Source: the human T2T-CHM13v2.0 reference genome, Homo sapiens | NCBI RefSeq assembly: GCF_009914755.1 | Contig: NC_060929.1 | Length of the DNA: 64,000 bases | Reading direction: 5' to 3' (one strand) | Shown here: positions 24,401 to 36,879 of the stretch, piece by piece | How positions within the stretch are numbered: position 1 is the stretch's first letter | Layout of the letters: each line of letters starts with the position of its first letter | Position numbers and translations under genes: made by a program | Notes under the pieces: model-generated | Databases searched by the model: none | The model's input: the letters and a program-made list of their open reading frames with translations, nothing else | What the model was told of the DNA's origin: nothing

Positions 24401-25665
24401 GACACTTCTGCCTGAAATTGCAACCCTCACAGACTCTTGCTTTAGAGGTAGTACTGTCTGTGAATGATAGGTGTCACCTGACTAAAATCACAGGTGCTGT
24501 GGCTGGTAACCCACGAGAAATCCTGGATAAAAGTTAAACCAATTTATTTACTACCTAACTGCTCAGAGCTTTTCTAATGCTCATGCACGTGGAATTACTC
24601 CAGAAAGGAAAGATTTACAATGAAATGGAATTAGAAAAATTAATTTTCTGAGAAAAACACATTGAAAACCATAATCTCTAGGAGGTCTTTTTAGAAACCT
24701 GAATACTTTACCTAGGATTTTTAATTTGGTAACCCCAAGAGAAATGAGAATCCAAAGGGAAACTTTTGCATTTTAAACTTTTAATTTTTCAAGTTTTCAC
24801 TTTAACCCAAGGAGAGAGAATTAAGATAATGAATCTCTGTATACCTATCTCCAGACACAATAACTGTCAACTTTTTGCTACCCTTTCTTCATTTATCACC
24901 CCCTCCTTCACTTTGCTGTGTTTTGCTATGTACTTTAAAGCAATTTGCTTCTCAGGAAGCACAAATGTCTGGTAGTCTCACTTTTAGTGATGCAAAGATT
25001 GATTCTTGGTTTAGGTGGCTGTTGCCTGATACCTCAATTGACAAGTTCCTATCAATCTTTTAGCACGAATATTTCACTGGTTGTTGAAAAACAACGATTT
25101 TTCTCTTTCCGTCATTTAGCTGAAATTATTGAAGGAAGGCTTTCCTTCATCATCCAGAGTTATTTATTTACTTTAAAAAAAATTATACAAACCAGCTAGG
25201 AAAAATGTAACATTCTCTTTAACTACCTTTTTTTTTTTTTACAAAAGTGATTGTTGCCACAGGTAGCTACATCCAACTGTGGAAGAATAAGTTTACGTTT
25301 TGCTAGGATTGTTTGTAGTGTGTTATTACTCTCTCTCTCTCTCTTTGACTGCATCATGAACTTATGGATTTTTGTAGATACAGTATATTTCATTCCATTT
25401 CAGTCATTCTTTTGATGCTTAAATTGACCTATCAAAAGCCACTTTTCTTCTGGTTTCTGTGCACTTTTAATATCACCCCCTTAGTCTCTGAAATATCTTT
25501 GCTTTGGGGCCTCTCAAGATCTCTCAGACTCATCTTATGCATTCCCTGCCCCAAACTGGATTCAGCCATTTTTTCTAAGGATCCCTGATTCCAATTACTG
25601 CAGAAGGATATTTTGAGACCTCCTTCTAGGCATAAGAGAGTACTTACTGGTTCTAGATGCTCTAT

Positions 25666-25755
25666 GGCTGGTCTCAAACTCCTGACCTGAAGTGATCCAC
25701 CCACCTCGGCCTCCAAAAGTAGTGGGATTACAGGTGTGAGCCACCATATCCGGCC
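25666..25755 (-). mobile_element. Alu 5' fragment, ~90 bp of left arm only
   Basis: GGCTGGTCTCAAACTCCTGACCTGAAGTGATCC...GAGCCACCATATCCGGCC; no linker, right arm or tail. Confidence 0.93.
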
Positions 25756-25779
25756 TGCAACCTTTTTAAAAAATGGTTA

Positions 25780-26071
25780 GGCTGGACGCGGTGGCTCATG
25801 CCTATAATCCCAGCACTCTTGGAGGCTGAGGCGGGCAGATCACTTGAGGTCAGGAGTTTGAGACCAACCCTGACCAACATGGTGAAACCTCGTCTCTACT
25901 AAAAATACAAAAAAATTAGCCAGGAGTGGTGGTGGGCACCTTTAATCCCAGCTACTCAGGAGGCTGAGGCAGAGAATCATTTGAACTTGGGAGGCGGAGG
26001 TTGCAATGAGCCTAGATCGCACCATTGCACTCCAGCCTGGGGGACAAGAGCAAAACTCTGTCTCAAAAAAA
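25780..26071 (+). mobile_element. Alu, AluSq-like
   Basis: Full dimer with the GACAAGAGCAAAACTC end. Confidence 0.96.
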
Positions 26072-27589
26072 TATATATATCTATGAATATAACATGTTAT
26101 ATCATATCCACGTCCATACATAGAGCTCTTCTTCATTCATTTTTACAGTTTGCTAGTAATCTGTTCTGTGGATATGGATAGACTTTAATTTATTACTCTC
26201 TACAAAAACGTTTGTTATTATTCCTTTCTTTTGCTAATGCTAATAATGCCACAGGAAATAACTCTGTGTTGTATTGTTTTCTAGTGTAACTTTGGGTAGG
26301 ATTCCTAGAAAGAGGACTGTGGAGTCCAGTGATATCTACATACACAATTTTGCTAGATATTTCCAGATACCCCTCTTTGTTGTTTGTGCCATTTTGTCAG
26401 TATTTCTCCAGCTACAGTCTCCACAGCAGAATATATTGACAACTGAACAGAAACTTAGTGATCTGATGGGTAAAAAAAATGGTAACTCAGTGAAGTGTTT
26501 TTTTTTTTTTTCTTATTTTGAATGATCTTGGGCGTCTTTTGAACTTGTTAAGGGACAGCTGCATATCTTCCGTCCGAAAAATTGTAAGTTTTGAGAAAGA
26601 AGAGTTTAATAGAAGAGAGAAGACAGATAAGTGTGCGAACATGGCACCTTCAAACTTTCGGCTAACACCACCTATCCCCATCATTTATATCGGAGAGAAG
26701 GAGGAATATCGGACCCTCACTTCAAAGTGGGCTTTTAGTAACCAGGCAACAGATGAAAGTTTCCAAGCCCTGGAGGGGTGCCAAGCTTAACGAATGAAAT
26801 CCCCTGGGTCAAATTACCCAATCTCTCCTGATTTTCTTCATCTTAATTATTCTCTCTCTTTCATAAAATCAAAGAATTTTAAAGCAGCATAGGTCCTTTA
26901 AATCTTTAAAATCTAATGCCTTTATTTTACAGATAGACCACAGTGGTGACCAGATGCTTGTTCTCATGATTAATTTCTTGTCTGTTTCCTAGTGCACACC
27001 TTCGTGTCTCCTCCATGACAGGGGTCACTGATGGTAATAACCAGTGTTGCTTAGCTCTCCTTGGCATAAACAAGGAATAGGAAAGATAAACTTATCCTTT
27101 TACTGGGAGAGTAATATTTCCCATTCATACCCTGTTACAAGTTCATACCTCTTAATGGATGCAAATCCTGAAAAGTGCTTCTCCTTCCAATTCTAAAGGT
27201 CTGGATATACCTGCAGTCTCCTTGTGTTTCTCTCATCACATAATTTGTCCCTTATTCAAGAGGAGTGAGTCATTGAAATGTAATTATTTTCAATGCATTA
27301 TCTCATCCTATTAAATGCCAGGGTGTCAGAAAGAACAAAGAACATGTCACTTTCTTTCAGCTTTATGAATATAATAAATATAATAGTAACTATGTAGGAA
27401 AACCACAGAACCACATATTTTGGGGAATTAAAAATATTGTTATCTAGGAAATGATTATCTAGTTGGGAAAATAAGTTATCCGTAGGAAAATTTTTTCAGT
27501 GCAGTGCAGAGGATGCCTGTCATGAATGCTGCCAAGTTAATATTAATGCACAGCAAAATAAGGGACTGCCAGGTGGAGAGTATAGGCTA

Positions 27590-27920
27590 AAGAGGCTGCA
27601 TTTGTATTTCAAATGCAGTTGCATGACTTATTTTATCTGCGTGAGACTTCATTTCTCATTTGCAAATGGGTGTTAAACAGCATAACTAACTCATAGTATT
27701 CTATGAAGCTTCAGTAAGAAGAGTTTACAAGTGCCTTGTAGTGAAAGTTCAATAAATGTTAGCCATACTATTATGATGGCTGAGAGAAGTTAAAAAAACA
27801 TGTGGGGTAGGGGACCTGAGAAAAATTGCTGGATTGAGTCATTAGCAAGTCTCTGGTGACTTTCAAAAGGGCCGTTTCTGCCAACTACAAAGGAAGGCAA
27901 AGTGCAGCAGGTTAAGGGGT
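27590..27920. mobile_element. MIR (+, ~27590-27780) followed by an L2 fragment (-, ~27800-27920)
   Basis: CTTCATTTCTCATTTGCAAATGGG...TCAATAAATGTTAGC, then CTGGTGACTTTCAAAAGGGCCGTTTC. Confidence 0.55.
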
Positions 27921-28909
27921 AAATAGGCAATAAATACTTGCCATACAGAAATCAATAGAAGCAGAAATCAATAGAGCTAAGAAAGTTCGTCCATTTGAGA
28001 GACTGGAAGGTGAAAATGAAATAATCAAGTAAAATAGTAATATGATAAAACTTTTTTTCTTATTTAAGGAACGAGTAAAGTAACCCTGGAGAGCAGATGA
28101 CATTTAACCTACAGGGGTGGAAGAGCAGGGTTTGGTGAGACTGAGAGAGCTTTAGGTTAATGCCACGGGAGTCCTGAGTGAAAGGTGAAAGAGGCCCATT
28201 CTTGAGATAGCAGCGCACCATCAGATTTATATCCCGCTAGATTAAGGGCATTTTCTTACTAGACAAACTAGCTTTCTATTATACCTAAAGCTAAGGGACC
28301 ACAGAGAATTATATGACCCTGACTAAAGGTTGCACCAAGCTATGGCATTAATGAATTGAGTCTCAGGAGCTTGAAATATGTTTAGCTGTCATTTGAACAA
28401 ATGGTCTTAAGTACAGATTAGGCCCTGTACGGTCTGCTGCAAGGAATGTAACTGGCATCACTGTATTCATTGAGGATTTCAGTAGGGAAGAACTAAGAAC
28501 TATGAAAAGTATCAAACGTGACTATGCCAACATAAATAGACATATTAAGTAACTAGAGAAATAATCTGTTTTATTTCTGGCTTTAATGTAAAAACTGACC
28601 TCAGATATAAACTCTCATGTTTAATCTTCAGAATCATTTTTCTGTCCTTACAAAGAGATTGAGAAGCTTGGGTGATCATTTTATTTAATGTCAAAGTCCT
28701 ATTTTAAAAGCAATTATAAAATAGAGTAGCAAACAGATGTCCATTCTTTCAGTCCATTGTGATGAATCAAAACAAATCTATCATAACAATTGTATTAAAC
28801 TATGTAATCTGCTCAGTGAAGCAAGTAAAATAAACCAACATAAACAATATCCAGAAGGTAGTGATTTCAGTAGTTATAATGAACGTATTATAATAGTCTC
28901 TCATGGCTA

Positions 28910-29110
28910 AAAATGTGAGGTCCTTGGAATCATATCATAGATATAATTCCAGTTTATCAATGAAGACTTTTTCAACTTCTCTGATTCTCAGTTTCCTCAT
29001 CTCTGATATGTAAATAATAATCTATAACCTCCAGGATTAGTGACAAAAAGAAGATGAATACAAAGTGTCTAACCCAGTACACACCACATTGCTTCTTAAG
29101 AACTGCTATG
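28910..29110 (+). mobile_element. MIR SINE
   Basis: CTCTGATTCTCAGTTTCCTCATCTCTGA. Confidence 0.7.
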
Positions 29111-29327
29111 GATTCTTACGTCTATTTTGCTTACTTGTTCTTTAAATTTTAATCTCAACTCAATCTGAGGGTGTGAATTCCATGAAAGGGCATCCAAAAC
29201 CACTTATGAAAAATGCTTTATGTTGGTACATCATTGAGGACAGATACTACCTGCTAGCAAGTCCAAAGCCAGTTTTCTCTCCTGCTTTTGGTTGGGGGAC
29301 TATTCCTCTGGTTAAATATTAGACAAA

Positions 29328-29676
29328 GGCCATGGGCGGTGGCTCATGCCTGTAATCCCAGCACTTTGAGAGGCCGAGGTTGGCAGATCACCTGAGGTCA
29401 GGAGTTTAAGACCAGCCTAGCCAACATGTCTCAGAAAAAAAAAATATATATTAGCTGGGCAGAATGAATGATAGGTGCCTGTAATCCCAGCTACCCTGTC
29501 TCAAAGAAAAAAAAAAAAAAATTAGCTGGGCAGGATGATGGGTGTCTGTAATACCAGCTACTCCAGAGGCTGAGGTGGGAGAATCGCTTGAACCTGGGAG
29601 GCGGAGGTTTCAGTGAGCCAAGATTGTGCCATTGCACTCCAGCCTCCATCTCAAAAACAAACAAGCAAACAAAAAA
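29328..29676 (+). mobile_element. AluS with internal tandem duplication and small deletions
   Basis: Left arm, two copies of the linker plus right-arm start, remainder of the right arm, (CAAA)n tail; ATTAGAC on both flanks. Confidence 0.92.
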
Positions 29677-31319
29677 TTAGACCACCTAGCTGGAGTAGTT
29701 GGCTTACATCTAATTTTTTTTAAGCCTTTAAAAAGCCATCATACCCAGGAAGCTTCACTTAGGAACTGAGACCCACAGGGGAGAGGAAGATTTCCATCCC
29801 CCTAATTTATTCACACACTAAAGTTAAGCCATTAGCTAACTGGCCTGGGAGTTCACATGCCTGAAAGTGTGGCTTGCCTTTTTCTTGTCTGAGCACACAT
29901 ATTTGAACTGGGCTGTAATTATGAGAAAATATCATCTTTGGTGCCTCGGCTGGCAAAAGAAAAAAAAAAAAAAGACAAAAAACAGGGTTGGAAACACTCA
30001 ACGATTGGACTCACACCCAGAAAAGTCATTTTGTGCACACTCTTGCTTTAAATAAAAAGTATGTTTCAAATGTTATAGACAGATACATCTACTGAAAGAT
30101 TTAAAACAAAAAGACTTAAAATTTCTTGTAGATCCCTTCAAGTATGCCTGAGTGTTTATTCTAAGTCCCTTATGTTATAATTAAAGCCTTACCTTCAAAT
30201 ATTTTCTCTGATTTCCTAAAATGATTTTGCTGTATTTTCCTCCCTCCCTGAGTAGATCTTTGCCTTAGAAAACTAATCTGCCAAAAGACATTCCTGCAGA
30301 GATATACTGCCAAGGCAGGAAAAAGAAAATAGTAAACGTTAGAGGCATTTTTACTGCTAAAGCCCCAGAAGCAACAATCTTATCTCTAAGTCTGTAACAC
30401 AAGCACATTAATCTGATTTGCATGTCATCTAAACAGAGAATGGGTTTGGAGAGCTCTGTATCATCTCAAGTGAAAATTAGATTAGCAATGTGGTTTAATG
30501 TTGGCCAATAAAAGAGAGGAGAAAGTATGTTTAAATAATTTTAAGTTTAAAAGAGTAAAATAAATGGAAAATGTACAGATCTTTCTTTAAATAAAGAGTA
30601 GCTGCTGTTCTATCGCAATGATATGATACATTATAAAAGTATATAGCCTAACTTGATAAAGGAATAGGGATTGAGTCTATTTTTCTGAAACGGAATATAA
30701 CTTTGGATCTTAAACACTCTCATGGATCTATAACAGCCATGAAAATATTCATTGGTCACTGTACCTAGGGCTTAAAATAAGTCAAAGAAGTGGATGACTG
30801 ATGAAATCCCTACACATTTTACCTTGTGATATGCTTTCCTACATGTTTAATTTATGTAGAGCCCTTTGGGGAATATTGACTGTGTTTGCCAGAGACACAT
30901 TTTTGAGTTCATCATGTCTTTTATCAATGTTATCACTTAAGAAAGTGGTATTACTGTTATATCAATATTTTATACAAACATAGGTCATTTCTAGTGACAA
31001 AAAGAACTTTAGTTACTAAACCACAGCTTCAGTTTGATTTTATTTTTCTGAGAAACACTTCGTATTACATCGAGTTTCAATTGGATTTTTTTCACATGTT
31101 AACATCTCTCAGAAAGATCATTTTTTATCATGTTCCAGATTGATTTCCACCATCAACACCTTTACCTCTTCCCGCCTGAAAATAAAATATGAAATATAAC
31201 AAGTAAATCGCAATCTACCTTGGTAAGTAAAATGAATTTAATGATAAAGAACAAATTGGCTCAGGGCCCCCAATTCACTTGTTCAGAGGGAAGACACTAG
31301 GGTAAAGTTATACTTCCTT

Positions 31320-31522
31320 TGATTGCGTAACTTCAGATGTCATACAGTGTCACTTCTGCTTCATTTTATTGCTGAAGGCAGTTGTAAAGTTCTACCCAGC
31401 TCGAAGGGGAGAAAAAACAGACTCCACCTTTCAGTGAAGGACTGTCAATATAACACTGTAAGAAATGCACGTGGGACAGGTTATATATTCATTCACTCTT
31501 TTTTGGAAAATACAATGACCCC
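31320..31522 (-). mobile_element. ERVL/MaLR LTR fragment (LTR33/MLT1-like)
   Basis: GTCACTTCTGCTTCATTTTATTG...AAGGGGAGAAAAAACAGACTCCACCT...GGAAAATACAAT. Strand is uncertain. Confidence 0.55.
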
Positions 31523-31826
31523 AGGGCTCCCCGCTAGTTGGGTAGAACACAGGCTAAATTTAAACCCTCACTTCCCTTCTTGGCTATCACCCTTGCACAG
31601 TGAACAACCTTCATAATCATACATGGAGGCCTTACTTAATGGGTCAAAAAGACCTTTGATATTACTTATGCCTCTCTTTACCGATGTGACTTGAGAAAGT
31701 TATTTGAATGTTCTTTTTCCAAATTTCCATACTGTATTGCAGTGAAAATGAAATGAGAAAATACGTTTAATGTGAATAACACAATGCTCGATATGAGTTT
31801 TCTCTTGTCCTTATGTGAACAAATCC

Positions 31827-31905
31827 ATTAGATTTAACCATATAAAATTGCCATATTTGAAAGTAAAAAAAAATGGTTAAATATAGGCAATTTCACTAGA
31901 TTTCC
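31827..31905. mobile_element. MADE2 mariner-derived MITE, ~80 bp imperfect palindrome
   Basis: TTAGATTTAACCATATAAAATTGCCATATTTG...AATGGTTAAATATAGGCAATTTCA. Confidence 0.75.
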
Positions 31906-33729
31906 CAACATAATAAATTTTTATTGATAAATCACAGAAAATGTTTTCTTCTGTTAAACCGTAAAAGATCCTCAAATTGCATAGAAAATATGTCTTAAGC
32001 TATTTCTGATTTTAAACACAGATAACTTATGGACTTAATACTAGAAAACCAAATAAAACCTGTGATTAGAAGAATTGCCCAATTGCCTTTTTAACTGTTT
32101 GACTTTGGTTCCCCAATTCATTCTTAGTATAGGATGACTCAAAAATTCATAACTATATGAAAGCCTCTTCTATTATTGTCATGTTTTTAATTGGACTAAG
32201 ATTAGTAATTTGCATGTTGGCTGGATAAAGGGATATCATAATATTTACTACTTTTTTTCCTCATATCTTTTTTCCCCTCAAATGTAAGTTTTCAAACAGC
32301 CTACTCTTCTTTTATTAAAGCTCATATCTTCTCTGAATTCTTTTGAGATCTGCTTCTCAATGTCTAAAAAGTCCATCGTTAGCTCAAATTTCCCGCCTCC
32401 GGGCATCAAGATTAGAACCCATATCTTCAGCAGTGACAGAAAAACCCATTAATCTGTTGTATCCCCCTGGCTCTCTGCCCAGTTTTGCACATTCAGAATG
32501 ATTTACTGTATTGAAATTTTCCACATTATTCAGCATTGGCAATCCATCATCTGAGCAAATTATATATCTAGCCTCCCATCAGTCCAAATGTGTTTAGATA
32601 ATGAAGCTTCTCCAAAGCTTCAGTCATCCCAAAACTGTGTTATAGAAAGGTGTGTAATTCACAAAGTCATTGGAAATGTATTATAAAGGAAGGAAGTTTC
32701 TCCTTCCTGAAAGTTTTTTTTATGTGCTAGAGAAAGAAATAAACTGTAAAGTCAATTAAGTTACTTCTTTCAAAAGGAATAAGAAAAAAATAGAAATGTG
32801 GAAAAATGAATAAATAAAAAAATTTCATATTTTATTCTTACTTGACACTTCAGCATATTTCTATTTACATTAAACCTTATTAATTGCTTAAAGGGTTATC
32901 TTTTGTTGTGGCATTGAAATGTGACCAATAGTCAATAAACAAAAGAAAATGACCGAAAATGACGCTGATGTATTTAGGGACAAACAGATCCCACCTGAAA
33001 GTTCAGTGTCTATTATGGCCAGTTATTGGTGAGGTTTGTTTTCCGTGTGGTTCTGTCTCTCAACACTCTTTCCCACAAAGCATTCTCAATACCTAGATTT
33101 TAAAAACTGAACATTCATGATTTTCGTCCGTTATATTTAGAGTGATCCTTTATTCCAGTCTGCTCAGAATGTTGTAGTTTATACCTGCTGTCCTGTAGCC
33201 TGTCTGATTATTGCCTAAGTCCATCTCAAAAGTATTCTGGTATGGACAATGATATATAAAATCCCTCTCTATTTAAAAATTATGTTACCCTCTTCTTGCT
33301 ATGAAGTCCAAAAAGAGACAGACCCATTCATAACCAAAATAGATTAGATCTCTCCAATTAAATAGATCTCTCTCTGTATTGTTAGTGGAGAATTATGAAG
33401 AACAATAAGTTTGACATTAGTGTAGAGGATTTGTATAATATTTTAACAATTTACTCAAATTTAGTAATGAAGGGGACAAGAGGTAATGTTTTCATTCCTT
33501 TGACACAACTAAGATACAGGAATGAATAATGCAGATCACAGTTAAATTAGCCACTGAAGTCGAACCCTTCAGTTACAGGGTTTCCTCTCTTTCAACTGCT
33601 GATCTGTTGTTTCCATCATCTCTCTAATAACCCCAGCAAGTGACCTCCCACCTCTATTTGAACATTACTCCTCCTATACAAAACTTAAACCACCTCTGAA
33701 ATTCTCCTAGGCAGACCTACCGGTTAATA

Positions 33730-34097
33730 TAGAAGCTTCTCAACTTACAACAGAGCTACGTCCTGATAAACCTATTGTAAGTTGAAAATATCCTAAGTCA
33801 AAATTGGGCATTTAGTAGACATGATGGGATGTGAAAACACAACACAAAATATCCAAAAAATGCCGGCAACAGAATACACTATAGAATACTAGCTGCTTAC
33901 CCTCCTGATCACAGGGCTGACTGACAGCTGTGGCTTACTGCCACTCCCCAGCATTGCAAGAGAGTATTGTACCACATATTACTAGCTTGGGAAAAAGATC
34001 AGAATTCAAAATTTGAAGTACGGTTTCACTTTCGCATCATCATGAAGTTGAAAAGTCCTAAGTCAAGCCATCCTAAGTTGGGGACTGGACTGTCTGT
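33730..34097 (+). mobile_element. MER47-type TcMar-Tigger element
   Basis: CTTCTCAACTTACAACAGAGCTACGTCCTGATAAACCTATTGTAAGTTGAAAATATC...TAAGTTGGGGACT..TCTGTA. Confidence 0.88.
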
Positions 34098-34439
34098 ACG
34101 TTCTTTCTTGTTTTGAGCAGAAATCTATTTCCACATAACTTCTATTTGTAATTACAGATTGTACATTGTGGTCTCTTTCTTTATAAAGCAAGGCTTAGAA
34201 TTTTGAAGTACTCAGTCATATTCTTCAAGAGTTTCTTTTCCTGCTTAAACACCTCCTTATGACTTTTTAAAAATCTTCCAATTATTTTTTTTTTTTCAGT
34301 ACCTCTGGATAAGATTCAGTTTGTTAATATTTCATTTATAATGTGGTTCTCAGATGTATAGATTGTTTTATGAAGTTTATGTGATGTATTTGTTCCCCCC
34401 ATTTAGCAAAGTTGGTGTGACATATAAAAATAAATAATA

Positions 34440-34700
34440 AATAATACTTATTTAATATTTAACTATATTCTACCATCTATGCTAAGAATTTCATATTCAT
34501 TATTCTAAGAAGTAGTTACAGCACTAATTCTAAGAAGTAGTTACAGCAATTTTCCTATTATACAAAAGAGGAAGTTGAGCTCAGGAAAATTAGGTAAAAT
34601 GCCAGAGATCACTCATGTAAGAAGGTAAGTAGAATATAGAGCGCAAATCTAAATCTGCCTGATCCCAAAGCCTGCTCTTCACCATCTTAACCTTCTACAT
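34440..34700 (-). mobile_element. MIR SINE containing a 25-bp-period tandem duplication (34502-34548)
   Basis: GAGGAAGTTGAGCTCAGGAAAATTAGGTAAAATGCC; ATTCTAAGAAGTAGTTACAGCA occurs twice. Confidence 0.7.
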
Positions 34701-34819
34701 GTGTGTTTTTTTCAGACTACATACATTTCCATTAAGTTCTTTATTATTGGAATCACTGGGTTTTGGGGGGTTTGGTTTTTCAGTCTTGTTGGGATTTTTC
34801 AAAGTTAATTCTTTCGCTC

Positions 34820-35090
34820 TGCATATTGGATATCTCTTGTAACTTTTTATCATCTATGCATATGTTCAATTTACTGACGATACTCCTATCCAAATCCTTC
34901 ATGAGAATATGCAACAGCACAGGGCTGGAAAAGGGGGTCAGAGTCAGATCGCTAGAGATTTCCCTGCATACTGGTATTGATAAACACCTTGTGTATATAC
35001 CAGCTTGTATTTAATTAAGTTACTGTCGTTTGGTCTATGTATCATCTTATTTATTTTAAATATTTTAGAAAACTTTAGTAACATACTCAT
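34820..35090 (-). mobile_element. L3/CR1 LINE RT-region fragment
   Basis: ATCCAAATCCTTCATGAGAATATGCAACAGCACAGGGC...CTAGAGATTTCCCT resembles the reverse-complemented CR1 RT region. Confidence 0.5.
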
Positions 35091-35092
35091 AC

Positions 35093-36589
35093 TGCTATTG
35101 TTTGAATATGTCCCCCAGATTTTGTGTGCTGCAGACTTAATCCCCAAATGCATACATATGTTGATGATGTTTGGAGGTAGAGCCTTTCGGAGGTAACTAG
35201 AATTAGATAAGGTTATCAGGGTGGGGCCCCCATAATTGGACTGCTGGCTTTGAGAAGAAAGGCCTGAACTGACAAGCAAGCATTCATAGGCTTATTGCCC
35301 AGAGCCACCTGAGGACTCTGCTCCCTGTGTTCTGCTTCGGTGCCCCCCAGATTCCCGACCTCGATAGGCCCCAGGTGTGGCTTAACCTACCACTTCATAA
35401 GGTAAAAGCTGTAAACTTTAGCAGCATCTATGTAGTGCCAATTCTGCAGCCACACAGTATGCAGGAGCTGTGGGGATATGGTTTCCTCCACCTAGATTTC
35501 AAAGCATATCACAAACAGCCTGGGCTCTCAGACAGAGATCTGTCACAGGGGTGGATCCACTGCACAGAACTACTAGGGCAATGCAGGTTAGAAATATGGG
35601 GTCAAAGATGAAGCCACCCAAACAGCCCCCACTATGACAATGCATAGTGGAGCCACAGAGGCAAGGCCACCCACACGACTCCAGAACTGTAGAGCTACCA
35701 GAGTGCCACACTAACCTGAGAGAAGTGCACGCACAAGACTCCCACCTGTGAGAACTGCCACATGGACTGATCTCTGTACTGCCATAGGGGCAGGGCTGCT
35801 GAGGCCCTGGGAATCTAACTTTCACCCCAATGTGTCCAGGAGACAGCACATGGAGTCAAAAATTATTCTCCAGCTTTAAGACTAAATGTGATATTCCCCA
35901 TTGGGTTTTGGACTTACTTGAGGCCTGTTACTTGCTACTCCTCCCTCCTTGCCTACTCCTTTCTTTTGGAATGGAAATGTCTGTCCTATGCCAGTCCCAG
36001 CATTGTATTTTAGCAGTAGATAACTTATTTTGACTTCACAGACTCACAGCTGGAGGGAACTTGCCGTGGGCTGAGTCATGCCCTGAGTCTCACTCATATC
36101 TGTTTAGATGAGACTCTGGACTTTAAACTTTTGAGTTGGTGCTAAAATTAGTTCAGACTGTGAGGCTATTGAGATAGAATGAAAGTATTTTGCGTGTGAG
36201 AAGGACATAAATTTGGAGGACCAGAGTGGAATGCTGTGGTTTGAATATGTCACCCAAATTTCACACATTGAAAACTGAATCCCCAAATGTATATGTTGAT
36301 GATGTTTGGAGCTGAGGACTTTGGAAGGTAATCAGGATTATACAAGGTCATCAAACTGGGGTCCCCTTGATGGGACTAGTGGCTTTAAGAAGAGGAAGAG
36401 GCTTGAGCTATCACACAAGCTCTTACCTTCTTGCTATATTGTGCCTTCTGCTCTGTCCTCACCAGATGCCAGCACCATGCTCTTGGACTTCCCAGCTTCC
36501 CAAACTGTGAGCAAAATAAACTTTTATTCTTTATAAATTACCTAGTCTGTAGTGTTCAGTTATAGCAACAGAAAACAGATGAAGATACA
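35093..36589 (+). mobile_element. MST-type (MSTC/D-like) MaLR provirus remnant: partial 5' LTR 35093-~35280, internal ~35290-36231, 3' LTR 36232-36589
   Basis: Two homologous LTR starts (TGCTATTGTTTGAATATGTC and TGCTGTGGTTTGAATATGTC), MaLR internal motifs, a purine-rich tract before the second LTR, AATAAA and a terminal ...GATACA. Confidence 0.88.
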
Positions 36590-36879
36590 CCCATTATTTC
36601 TTTAGAATTTTGGTGATTAGACCAGTAATTATTATGTTCACTCCTCCATCCATTCATCTACACTCTGTGCAAAACAAACAAACAAACGAACAAATCAGCA
36701 AACCAACCAGCAAATAATTGACTACTACTGCTTGGTGAAAAGAGGATAAGATGTCTCTGTTATTTGCTGACTCTTTATTCTTGGTCAAGTTGCTTAATCT
36801 CCCTAAATCTGAGGTTTCATGTAAAATGGCCATAAGGAAATTTGTGTGGCTAAAATTCAGGGTCTACAGAATGAGAAAA

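Larger units (their letters stand above)
24770..26560 (-). mobile_element. Old L1 (L1ME-like) 3' fragments, interrupted by Alus
   Basis: T-rich degenerate L1 3'UTR/ORF2-end motifs such as AGGATTCCTAGAAAGAGGACTGTGGAGTC and TTGCTAGATATTTCCAGATACCC. Confidence 0.55.

Noticed and set aside
31827-31905. Hairpin as a novel structured RNA
   Set aside because: Explained by the MADE2 MITE's terminal inverted repeats.
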